The notes below the pieces were generated by a model. It did not search any database, was not told the origin of the DNA, and was given only the letters and a program-made list of their open reading frames with translations. DNA of 64,000 bases from the NCBI GenBank assembly GCA_944389585.1, contig CALXMW010000007.1:11372-75371 (forward strand), written 5' to 3'. This DNA comes from an uncultured Kiritimatiellota bacterium (GTDB taxonomy: Bacteria; Verrucomicrobiota; Kiritimatiellia; RFP12; DVOR01). Made by a program: the position numbers and the translations under genes. Of the stretch, positions 8,799 through 16,490 are shown one piece after another. The stretch's first letter is position 1; every line of letters begins with the position of its first letter.

Positions 8799-11057
8799 TT
8801 AGATCAAATCGTCCATGGTGGCGCCGGCGAGGCCGTGGCCGGAAGCTTGGAGGCTGGCCGTGGAAGGTTTGGCGCGTTGCGCCTGCACGGGAAGGTTGGA
8901 GGCTTGGCTTTCGGGGCGGGGGTCGGCCCGTCGCCCGTCAGGGCGCATCGATTCGCGATTCACGATTCGCGATTCACCCTGCGCCTCCGCGAGGAGGTGC
9001 TTGTTCCACGCCACATCGGCCTGGTGCTCCGCGGCGCGGCGCTCGGCCCAGGGGAGGATCTCGCGGCGCTCGAGGGCCTGGATCTTGGCGCGGATCTTGA
9101 GGTTGGCCGCCACGCCCTCGGGGTCGTCCTGGTGGCTGGGGGCGAGGACGGGGGCGAGGCCGAGGTAGCGCCAGGAGCCGTCCTTGGCGGGCTCGGCGAC
9201 GTAGGCGACGAGCGGTTCGAGGGGGTTGACCCAGACCAGCGCCTCCTGGCCGCGGCGGAGGAGCCGCTCCTCGCCCTCGGGGGTCCGGACGACGCCGGCG
9301 ACCGTGGCGGCGAAGTCGATGGCGGGGTCCTTGACGCGGAGCTCCACCTTGGCGGAGACGGTGGCGCGCATGGCGAGGCCCTCGCCGAGGATGAGGGGCA
9401 TGAAGGCGCGGTCGGCGCGGATGACGTCGCCCTCCCGCCGCTCCCACGCCTCGGCGGGGGAGAGGCGGCGGGCGCGGGTGAGGGCGGGGTCGGCCTCGAG
9501 GGCGGCGCGGACGGCGGCGGCGACGGCGGGGGGCAGCCCCTCGAGGTCGGCCAGCGGCCGCCAGGGCTCGCGGGGGCCCAACCGCCAGGCGGTCTCCACG
9601 AAGCCCTGTTCCGCCCACCCCTCGAGGGCGTGGTCGGTGCGGCCGTTGAGCTCCGCCACGGCCTCGGCCACCAGCGCGGCATAGTCCTGGAAGGGGAGGT
9701 AGGGCCAGCGGAGGCGGGCGGGGAGGTCGGGGTCGCGGGCGGCGAGGGCGCGGCAGGCGCGGAGGAGGGCGGCCTCGGCCTTGTCGCGGGCGTAGAGGTC
9801 CTCGGGCGCGGCGTCGCGGTCCTTGCCGACCTGCCCGGGCACGTCGGCCAGCAAATCGTGGAGGAGGCTGTGGTTGCCTTCGAGCCGCGCCTTGAAGCGG
9901 AAGTTGCCGCGGGGGCGGCCCTCCCAGAGGCCCTGCGCGAGAGGCTTGGAGAGCTTGCCGCCGGCCAGGAAGCGGACCTTCCCGCCTGTCGCCGCTTCCA
10001 CGGCGGCGGCGAGGCGCTTGTCGGCGGCGGCGGTGCCGTGCTCGCCCATCACCGTGGCCCCGCCGGGGGCGTAGCCCTGGACGATGAGCCAATAACCGAT
10101 GAGGTAGGGCATCATGCGGGCCATGACGACCTCGCGCGTGCCGTCGTCGCGGCGCCGGATGGGCTTGAGGAGGTAGCTGCGGAAGCCGGTGGCCACGTCG
10201 AGCAGCGCGAGCTCGACGCACCGCTCGGCGGGGGCGCCGTCGGCCGCGCGGACCTTGACGTCGTGCCACATGTCGTCGATCTCGACGATCTGCCCGCGCA
10301 GGAGCCCGGCGCGCGTGCGGGGGACGGAGGGGAGGAGGGCGCTCGCCGCCAGCGTCCCCTGCCGCGCGGCGGTGAGCGCCCACTTGGAGGGGAGCAGCCG
10401 CATGAGGTTGGCCTTGCTCCACCCCGCGGGGAGCAGCACGCCCGCGCGGTAGGGGCACACGGCCGGCGCCTCGCGCCCGGGGAACTCCGCCGCGTAGAGC
10501 TGCCGCCACGTGCCCACCCCGGGGATGGCCTCGCCCGCGCGGAGGTGGGCGAGGAGCTTATCCCAGGCGCGGCTGGAGACGCGCTGATTCTGGAGGACCA
10601 GGCCGCGCCAGAACTGGACGAAGGCGGCGTTGGCGGCGACCCCCGCGGGGGCGGCGTGGGCGGCCGCGGGCACCAGCGCCTCCCACCCGCGGCCGGGACG
10701 CTCGGCCTCGCGCCGACGCCACGCCGCGGCCTTGCGGTAAAGACTCTTCAGGCTCAGGCCGCGGAGCCCCGCGTGCTCGGCGGCGAGGCGTGCGGCGACG
10801 AGCGCGCGCCCCTCGGGCGGGGCGGCGAGGAAGGCGTGCATCACCCCCACCCATTCCCGCAGCTCCCCCAGCTGACGCGCCGTCAGACGCCCCGCCAGCC
10901 GCGCCCAGTCCTCGGCGGGGATGGCGCAGGGCGGCTGCGCCGCCGCGTGAATCGTGAATCGCGAATCGTGAATCGCTTCGGGGTGGGGCTCCGCCCCACA
11001 CCCCTTCGTCCCCTCGACCCCGAGGGCGACCAAGCCGTTTGCGTTCACTGGTTCCAT
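8799..11057 (-). CDS. MuA-like transposase
   Basis: Start MEPVNA with AAGGAAAGG RBS. Integrase-core motifs EIDDMWHD, LLDVATG, EHG and KARLEG. Paired with a B-like ATPase. Confidence 0.87.
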   Translation of the reverse strand: MEPVNANGLVALGVEGTKGCGAEPHPEAIHDSRFTIHAAAQPPCAIPAEDWARLAGRLTARQLGELREWVGVMHAFLAAPPEGRALVAARLAAEHAGLRGLSLKSLYRKAAAWRRREAERPGRGWEALVPAAAHAAPAGVAANAAFVQFWRGLVLQNQRVSSRAWDKLLAHLRAGEAIPGVGTWRQLYAAEFPGREAPAVCPYRAGVLLPAGWSKANLMRLLPSKWALTAARQGTLAASALLPSVPRTRAGLLRGQIVEIDDMWHDVKVRAADGAPAERCVELALLDVATGFRSYLLKPIRRRDDGTREVVMARMMPYLIGYWLIVQGYAPGGATVMGEHGTAAADKRLAAAVEAATGGKVRFLAGGKLSKPLAQGLWEGRPRGNFRFKARLEGNHSLLHDLLADVPGQVGKDRDAAPEDLYARDKAEAALLRACRALAARDPDLPARLRWPYLPFQDYAALVAEAVAELNGRTDHALEGWAEQGFVETAWRLGPREPWRPLADLEGLPPAVAAAVRAALEADPALTRARRLSPAEAWERREGDVIRADRAFMPLILGEGLAMRATVSAKVELRVKDPAIDFAATVAGVVRTPEGEERLLRRGQEALVWVNPLEPLVAYVAEPAKDGSWRYLGLAPVLAPSHQDDPEGVAANLKIRAKIQALERREILPWAERRAAEHQADVAWNKHLLAEAQGESRIVNRESMRPDGRRADPRPESQASNLPVQAQRAKPSTASLQASGHGLAGATMDDLI

Positions 11058-11136
11058 GTTGCCTTTCCTTCGCTTGCTTTGTCGCGCGGCCCGCCGCGCG
11101 CCCGATTCACGATTCACGATTCGCGATTCACGGCGT

Positions 11137-11949
11137 TCACGCATCCGCGTGGACGACCTCATGGAGGAGGTCGATGGCGTCGCGGAGGGTGTGGAGGTCG
11201 GTGGGGGTGAGGGCGGCGTGGCGGCGCTGGCGCACGATGAGGTCGGAGAGGCGGTCGAGGGGCTCGGAGAGCTCCTTCCACGCGATCTCGGGACTCGCAT
11301 CGAGGGCGGCGGCGAAGTCCTTCGCCTTCCGCCCCGCGCCCTCGCGCTTCCCGCCCAGGCGGAGGATGGACCGCTGACTGCGGCCCGCGAGAAACTCGCG
11401 GACCTTGTCAGGGTCGGGTGAATCGTGAATCGTGAATCGCGAATCGTTGGACGCCCCCTGCGGGGCGTCGGGCAAGGCTGTGGCCGCGCCGCCCTCCGCC
11501 TCGTCGGCCAAGGCCAGCGCCGCGACCGTCTTCTCCGCCACCGCGAGAAAACGGCAAGCGGTCTTGTAGTTGATTTCAGGGCAGTGGATGGCCAACCACC
11601 CTTTCAGCCCCATCCCGCGGTTCCAGCCGTGCATGTCATCGAAGCTTTTCCCCGCAGTCTCACGTGCGAGAACGCGGGAGGAGCCCTCTATTTGCAAGGG
11701 TTCGGCGGTTTGCCCGTCGCCCGTCAGGGCGTACGATTCACGATTCGCGATTCGCGATTCACCGGCGGCCGTCTCGGCCGCCTCGGCGTCTTCGAGGCGC
11801 TCTTTCACGGCGCGGAGCATCATGCCGAATTGGTAGGCCTCGTAGAGGCCGTCGAGGGCCTTTTGGTACTGCCGGGTCAGCATCGCCACGTCCTCGGCGG
11901 TGGGCTCGAGGGATTGGGGCTGCAGGGTCATTGCAAGGGTGTTGTCCAT
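11137..11949 (-). CDS. DUF3102-like phage protein with in-frame repeat insertions
   Basis: G..LRAVKERL...LKGWL...INYKTACRFL pattern, AAAGGA RBS. Confidence 0.55.
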   Translation of the reverse strand: MDNTLAMTLQPQSLEPTAEDVAMLTRQYQKALDGLYEAYQFGMMLRAVKERLEDAEAAETAAGESRIANRESYALTGDGQTAEPLQIEGSSRVLARETAGKSFDDMHGWNRGMGLKGWLAIHCPEINYKTACRFLAVAEKTVAALALADEAEGGAATALPDAPQGASNDSRFTIHDSPDPDKVREFLAGRSQRSILRLGGKREGAGRKAKDFAAALDASPEIAWKELSEPLDRLSDLIVRQRRHAALTPTDLHTLRDAIDLLHEVVHADA

Positions 11950-12107
11950 CTTTGTGTCCTTTTGGAAGTTTGGAGGCTTGGAAGTTAGCCGTGGAAGGTT
12001 TGGCGCTTTGCGCCTGCACGGGAGGCTTGGTTTCTCCGTCGCCCCGCAGGGGCGCACGATTCACGATTCGCGATTCACGATTCACGGGGCGTCTAGGCGC
12101 CTCGCGC

Positions 12108-12374
12108 CTAGACGCCCTCCGCCATATGGCGCGCCAGGGCGACGGCCGACTCGCGGGGGATTTTCCAGAAGGTCTTTTTGCCGGTGCCGGCGTTGAGGTT
12201 CACGGCCTCGAGGCGGCCTTCCTCGATCCACTCGGTGACGGTGGTGGTGGAGGCGCAGAAGGCCAACGCCACGTCCGCCACGCTCAGGAAGTCCTGCGCC
12301 GGCAGGCGCCGGAGCACCGTCCGCAGCCAGGCGGGCGGCGGGGCGAAGAGGTCGCCTTGGATGGGGCAGGCCAT
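12108..12374 (-). CDS. Excisionase/MerR-like HTH DNA-binding protein
   Basis: LSVADVA...TVTEWIEEGRLEA...WKIPRES pattern, AAGGAG RBS. Confidence 0.75.
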   Translation of the reverse strand: MACPIQGDLFAPPPAWLRTVLRRLPAQDFLSVADVALAFCASTTTVTEWIEEGRLEAVNLNAGTGKKTFWKIPRESAVALARHMAEGV

Positions 12375-12400
12375 GGGGCGTCTCCTTTGCGGCCTGGCGC

Positions 12401-12562
12401 TCAGCGCAGGACGGCGTCGGCCTCGGCCTCGTCGCCATGGAGCCAAAACCACAGCGCGTCGGCCAGCCGCTTGCGGCGACTGCCCGCAGGCAGCCCCTTC
12501 CATGCCCACAGCAGCCGCGACAGCGGCCCCGGGCGGAACGATTCCTCGTGAAATGCTCTCAT
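12401..12562 (-). CDS. Small hypothetical phage protein
   Basis: 53 aa, strong AAAGGAGG RBS, in the early operon. Confidence 0.55.
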   Translation of the reverse strand: MRAFHEESFRPGPLSRLLWAWKGLPAGSRRKRLADALWFWLHGDEAEADAVLR

Positions 12563-12594
12563 GGTGTCCTCCTTTGGTTTGGGTTCTCTGAAAA

Positions 12595-12822
12595 TCAGCG
12601 GGCCAGGTGGCGGTCGAGCGCCGCCCGCGCCTCCTGGCTGATGGAATGGCCCTCCGCACGCGCCCGGCGGTCGAGCGCCGCGTAGGTCTCCGGCGAGACC
12701 AGCAGGTTCACCCGCACGGTCCCCTCGGGAAACTGGCACCGCCGCCCGCGGGGGCGCCCGGCCATCGGCAGGGGGGCGGGGGCGGACAACGCGCGGAAAC
12801 GCGCCAGACCCACGCGGTTCAT
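12595..12822 (-). CDS. Ribbon-helix-helix (CopG/Arc-like) protein
   Basis: VRVNLLVSPETYAALDRRARAEGHSISQEARAAL, ATGA overlap with the upstream gene. Confidence 0.7.
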   Translation of the reverse strand: MNRVGLARFRALSAPAPLPMAGRPRGRRCQFPEGTVRVNLLVSPETYAALDRRARAEGHSISQEARAALDRHLAR

Positions 12823-13025
12823 CGCGCCGCCTCCGCCGCGCGCGCCTTCGCCGCCTGGCGCCCGGGCCGCCAGCCGCGCGCCAAGGCCGCCGCCTCGATG
12901 CGCAGGCTCCGCTTCTGCCCTGTCAGCACCCGGCTCACCGTCCCGGGGTTCACCCCGAGCTCCTCCGCCAGGGCGTTCACCCCGGCCCACGTCTCGCGCC
13001 GCCGCAACCGGCTCTTTGTCTGCAT
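12819..13025 (-). CDS. Ner/Cro-like HTH regulator
   Basis: VNALAEELGVNPGTVSRVLTG, divergent from the repressor and first gene of the early operon. Confidence 0.75.
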   Translation of the reverse strand: MQTKSRLRRRETWAGVNALAEELGVNPGTVSRVLTGQKRSLRIEAAALARGWRPGRQAAKARAAEAAR

Positions 13026-13083
13026 GCCTCTGTCCCTTCTTTGGTATACTGTCCGTGTAGGAGGGCAACAGTTGCCCTAGAAC

Positions 13084-13152
13084 ATGAAAGAATGTAGCAC
13101 GAAATCTTACATCAGGCAAGGAAAATCTTTCATTATGGACGAAAATCTTTCA
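13084..13152. promoter_or_regulatory. Candidate operator array in the lysis-lysogeny switch
   Basis: GAAA(A)TCTT copies at 13101, 13121 and 13141 (20-bp period) plus an imperfect inverted copy at 13084, between divergent HTH genes. Confidence 0.6.
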
Positions 13153-13515
13153 CTCCGCGAGATTAGGGAACGTCTGGGGCTTACACAACAAGAACTAGCG
13201 GACGCGCTTGGAATGGCGCGTGCCTATATTTCAGCAGTCGAAAGAGGCGCCAGCCCATTTTCTGACAAGTTTCGAAAGAAAGTTGAAAATCTTTCATTCA
13301 ATGGTAGGGCAGTTTCATTGCGTGACAATCACGGGGCGCTGGCGGTGGGGTCTCCGGGTGCGCGTGTGCACAACACGGCGACGCCAACCCCTTCGGGAGG
13401 CGAGCCGCCGGCCTGGGCGGAGGCGCTGCGGGACGAATTGCGGGGGGAGTTGGCACGGCTGCGCGGACAGCTGGCGGACATCCAAGCGCTGTTGGTGAAG
13501 CTGGCTGGGAAGTGA
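13135..13515 (+). CDS. XRE-family prophage repressor
   Basis: LREIRERLGLTQQELADALGMARAYISAVERG HTH with C-terminal coiled coil. No obvious S24 peptidase domain. Confidence 0.85.
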   Translation: MDENLSLREIRERLGLTQQELADALGMARAYISAVERGASPFSDKFRKKVENLSFNGRAVSLRDNHGALAVGSPGARVHNTATPTPSGGEPPAWAEALRDELRGELARLRGQLADIQALLVKLAGK

Positions 13516-13527
13516 GGAGATGGCGCT

Positions 13528-14256
13528 ATGAAAATGTTCGTAACACCCGAAGAGTTTCGCATTTTACGAAAGATGAAAGAGGAGAAGTTTGAGGAAGTGT
13601 ATTTGTGGTGCAGTATTTGTTCCGAATTCCTAGCTGCTACACCAACAGAACGAAAGAAGGTTGCCGCGTCTCTGATTCAGAGATATAGCGGAAAAGGTCT
13701 AAGAGGAATGTCCCTCAAATCCATTTACCGAAAGGCAAATATATATCGCCAAAAGGGATGGAAGGGATTTGTACGGAAAGAAAAAGATATCCTCTCTCTT
13801 TTATTTTCTGCGCAAGAGAATATAAGTACCAATGATGAGTTTCTTAAATACTGGAAAATGTTATGTGTAGAGCATAAGGGTGTAGCGACTCATGCATTCA
13901 AATCCCTCATTGAGAGTCTTGTCAAGGGGGACCAAATCCCTGGCTATGGAACGTGGCGTGACATCTATCTTGATGAACATCCCTCTTGCGTAATTCCTGA
14001 GACTTGCCCATATACCTCTGCGAAGCCTCCGATAGGATGGAGTTATGCAAACTTATCTCGATATAAAGTCAAAGATGGTCAAGTGCATGTGTCTCTTCAG
14101 GAAATCTTTGATACGGATTACATCAGAGAATATTTATATGCCGAGATTGACAGTTTGTATCTACAGTTGGAAGAGATACGAGCACGTATTAGAAAGATGA
14201 ATGAGCTATCGTTTTTAGAGGACAATCACTCACCGCCGCCGACTGGCGAGGCTTGA
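13528..14256 (+). CDS. Stand-alone homolog of the transposase N-terminal domain
   Basis: Shares FLAA, GLRG.SLKS.YRKA, IPG.GTWR..Y, CPY and P.GWS.ANL.R with the 8799-11057 product. No catalytic core. AT-rich. Confidence 0.85.
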   Translation: MKMFVTPEEFRILRKMKEEKFEEVYLWCSICSEFLAATPTERKKVAASLIQRYSGKGLRGMSLKSIYRKANIYRQKGWKGFVRKEKDILSLLFSAQENISTNDEFLKYWKMLCVEHKGVATHAFKSLIESLVKGDQIPGYGTWRDIYLDEHPSCVIPETCPYTSAKPPIGWSYANLSRYKVKDGQVHVSLQEIFDTDYIREYLYAEIDSLYLQLEEIRARIRKMNELSFLEDNHSPPPTGEA

Positions 14257-14310
14257 CTCTGCGTATTCGCAGGTGCTGGGCGTGCTGTGGCACAAACTGT
14301 GAGGGTTGCG

Positions 14311-14742
14311 ATGAAAAGCTTGTGCGGCGTTTTGGCGGCGCTTCTGCTCTTGGGGTGCGAGGCGCCCACTGTCCCCTCGCCCACCGCCGTCTCCCCGGCG
14401 CCTGCGGCGGCGGATGCCGCCCCGTCCTCCGCGGAGGGGGTGTTCGCCGCCGCGATCCGCGGCCGGCGGCCGGTGGCCTTTGTGTACAACGGGGTTGCGC
14501 GGGTGGCGCACCCGCACCGCCTGGGCCCCAGCGCGGCGGGGAACGGGAAGGTCCTCGTGCGTGCGTGGGAGGTGTCGCGCGGGGGCGAGGCGACGGGGAC
14601 GTGGAAGCTCTACGACGTGGCCAAGATCTCCGCCCCGCGCCTCCTGCCCGGCGCGCCCTTCGCCCCCGCCCCCGGCTACACCCCCGCCGACCGCGCGATC
14701 CCCGCGCCGTCGGCGGAGGTGCCCGCGCCGCAGGCGCGGTAA
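14311..14742 (+). CDS. Lipoprotein with WYL-like domain
   Basis: Lipobox LLLLG-C and Pro/Ala linker, then AIRGRRPVAFVYNG..RVAHPHRLG...VRAW...WKLYDVAKI...F....GY.P.D. Confidence 0.65.
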   Translation: MKSLCGVLAALLLLGCEAPTVPSPTAVSPAPAAADAAPSSAEGVFAAAIRGRRPVAFVYNGVARVAHPHRLGPSAAGNGKVLVRAWEVSRGGEATGTWKLYDVAKISAPRLLPGAPFAPAPGYTPADRAIPAPSAEVPAPQAR

Positions 14743-14907
14743 ATGGTGAGGGGTAAATGGTAAATGGTGAGTGGCGCGTGGTTTTTGAGAAAGGAAGAGA
14801 CGATGGGCAAATCGCATGCAGCGCCCGGGCCGAAGGGCGGGGGAGGATAACTGTTGCCCTGGCGGATGGGATGTGAGATAATGAAGTGAGTGAGAAAGGA
14901 CGTGCAT

Positions 14908-15096
14908 ATGAAAGGAAAGTTACAAACGGTTCCCATAAGAAAACCGCAGGCGCAGATGGAACGTATCCGCCAAATTATGCATCTCCAAGAGCGGATGCCG
15001 ACGGGGGTCTTTATGACTCGAAACGAGGCGCTGCGCTCGATTGGTATTAAAACCACTGGAGAATCTTCTTACGGATTCTGTATAATCACAAACTAA
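14908..15096 (+). CDS. Small hypothetical protein
   Basis: 62 aa, AAAGGA RBS, precedes the peptidase gene. Confidence 0.5.
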   Translation: MKGKLQTVPIRKPQAQMERIRQIMHLQERMPTGVFMTRNEALRSIGIKTTGESSYGFCIITN

Positions 15097-15120
15097 CGGC
15101 CATCCCAACAAGGTAAGACA

Positions 15121-16008
15121 ATGCCATCAACCGTAGAGATTCAGCAGGAGGCAATGCCTCGTGGAAGTGCCAAGGATGTATTGGCTCGCTACATGCAGGC
15201 TTTTGTCGATCGGACAAAACGAAATCTGATTCTTTATTATTCAGGGTTTCTATTTGCCCCAAATGAGAACGTCAGTATCCAAGAAGAGGATATGGAAGGT
15301 TTCATGGCGGCATTGTATAAAATGGATAAGTCCAGTGGGCTTGACCTTTTTCTGCACACGCCTGGAGGTTCCGTTTCGGCAACGGAAGGCATCGGAAATT
15401 ATCTGAAATCCGTGTTCAACAACAACATCAATTGTTACGTGCCGCACATGGCAATGTCCTGTGGAACGTTATTGGCGATGGCGTGCCGAACGATTTATAT
15501 GGGAAAACATTCCTGTTTAGGGCCGATTGACCCAGCCATCGGGATGTATCGGACGGATGCCGTTGTCGAGGAATTCAATACCGCCAAAACTGACATCGCG
15601 CAGGATCCCAACCTTTCGCTGTTGTGGCAACCAATTTTAAGCAAATATCCAATCACATTATTGGGGGAATGCAAAAAGGCAACAGAACTCGCAAAAATCG
15701 TGTCTGAGAAATGGCTCACGGACAATATGCTGGCGCAAGCGCCAGATGCGAGACTGCGTCTCAATCGCATCTTATCGTTGTTTGCTTCTCATCAAAACAC
15801 CAAGGCACATGACCGCCATATCTCCGCATCTGAATGCTTAAAGATTGGCCTTGAGGTCAAAATGATAGAAGAAGACCCGGACCTTCAGGACGCTGTGTTA
15901 AGCGTTCATCATGCCGCCACACTCTTCATGAAGCAAAATAATCTTGTAAGTATGGTGACCAATCCTCGGTGTACAGGACTTTTTCGCAATGCAAACCCGT
16001 CAAAATGA
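15121..16008 (+). CDS. SDH/ClpP-class serine peptidase (S49-like)
   Basis: LHTPGGS, AMSCGTLLA, LGPIDP and HDRHI motifs. AT-rich moron-like gene. Confidence 0.85.
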   Translation: MPSTVEIQQEAMPRGSAKDVLARYMQAFVDRTKRNLILYYSGFLFAPNENVSIQEEDMEGFMAALYKMDKSSGLDLFLHTPGGSVSATEGIGNYLKSVFNNNINCYVPHMAMSCGTLLAMACRTIYMGKHSCLGPIDPAIGMYRTDAVVEEFNTAKTDIAQDPNLSLLWQPILSKYPITLLGECKKATELAKIVSEKWLTDNMLAQAPDARLRLNRILSLFASHQNTKAHDRHISASECLKIGLEVKMIEEDPDLQDAVLSVHHAATLFMKQNNLVSMVTNPRCTGLFRNANPSK

Positions 16009-16032
16009 ATGTGTAAAACAACCATTCAGTAT

Positions 16033-16062
16033 GCCCGCCTGTTCGGCGGGCTCTTTTATTTT
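16033..16062 (+). terminator. Intrinsic terminator
   Basis: GCCCGCC-TGTTC-GGCGGGC followed by TCTTTTATTTT. Confidence 0.65.
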
Positions 16063-16147
16063 CGGAGAGTTTGAGGCGGATGTCGGCAAATTGGATGGGA
16101 GGGCTCGCCTCGGGGAGCTCGAACGGAAACTCGCGGATGAGCAGCCC

Positions 16148-16336
16148 TCAGCGAAGGTGAGGCGGGCCAGGAAGTGGCTCGGCCTGAAGCTGAGAGATTT
16201 GATTTTTGCCGCCCTCGGAGCCATTGTCACAAAGTTGATCGAGTTTCTTTTTTAGTTCGGCGTATTGCATGGCGAGCGTCAGCACCGCTCCCAAAAGCGC
16301 CATAAGCAGGTAATGATCGACGGTTTGGCGGTCCAT
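16148..16336 (-). CDS. Small single-TM phage protein
   Basis: AAGGAG RBS, hydrophobic YLLMALLGAVLTLAM. Confidence 0.5.
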   Translation of the reverse strand: MDRQTVDHYLLMALLGAVLTLAMQYAELKKKLDQLCDNGSEGGKNQISQLQAEPLPGPPHLR

Positions 16337-16459
16337 GGCTTGCGTTCTCCTTGGGTTTGTGGTTTACTGTGGGTGTTGGCGGTAACTGCCGGGGACTAGT
16401 TCATGAACGCCTCGGCCAGTAGAGCCACGAGACTAACAGTGGTATCACCTGCCTCCTAG

Positions 16460-16490
16460 AAAGCCCGCCTTTATGGTGGGCTTTCACTTT
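16460..16490. terminator. Hairpin/terminator after the portal gene
   Basis: AAAGCCCGCC-TTTAT-GGTGGGCTTT next to the portal stop codon. Confidence 0.5.
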
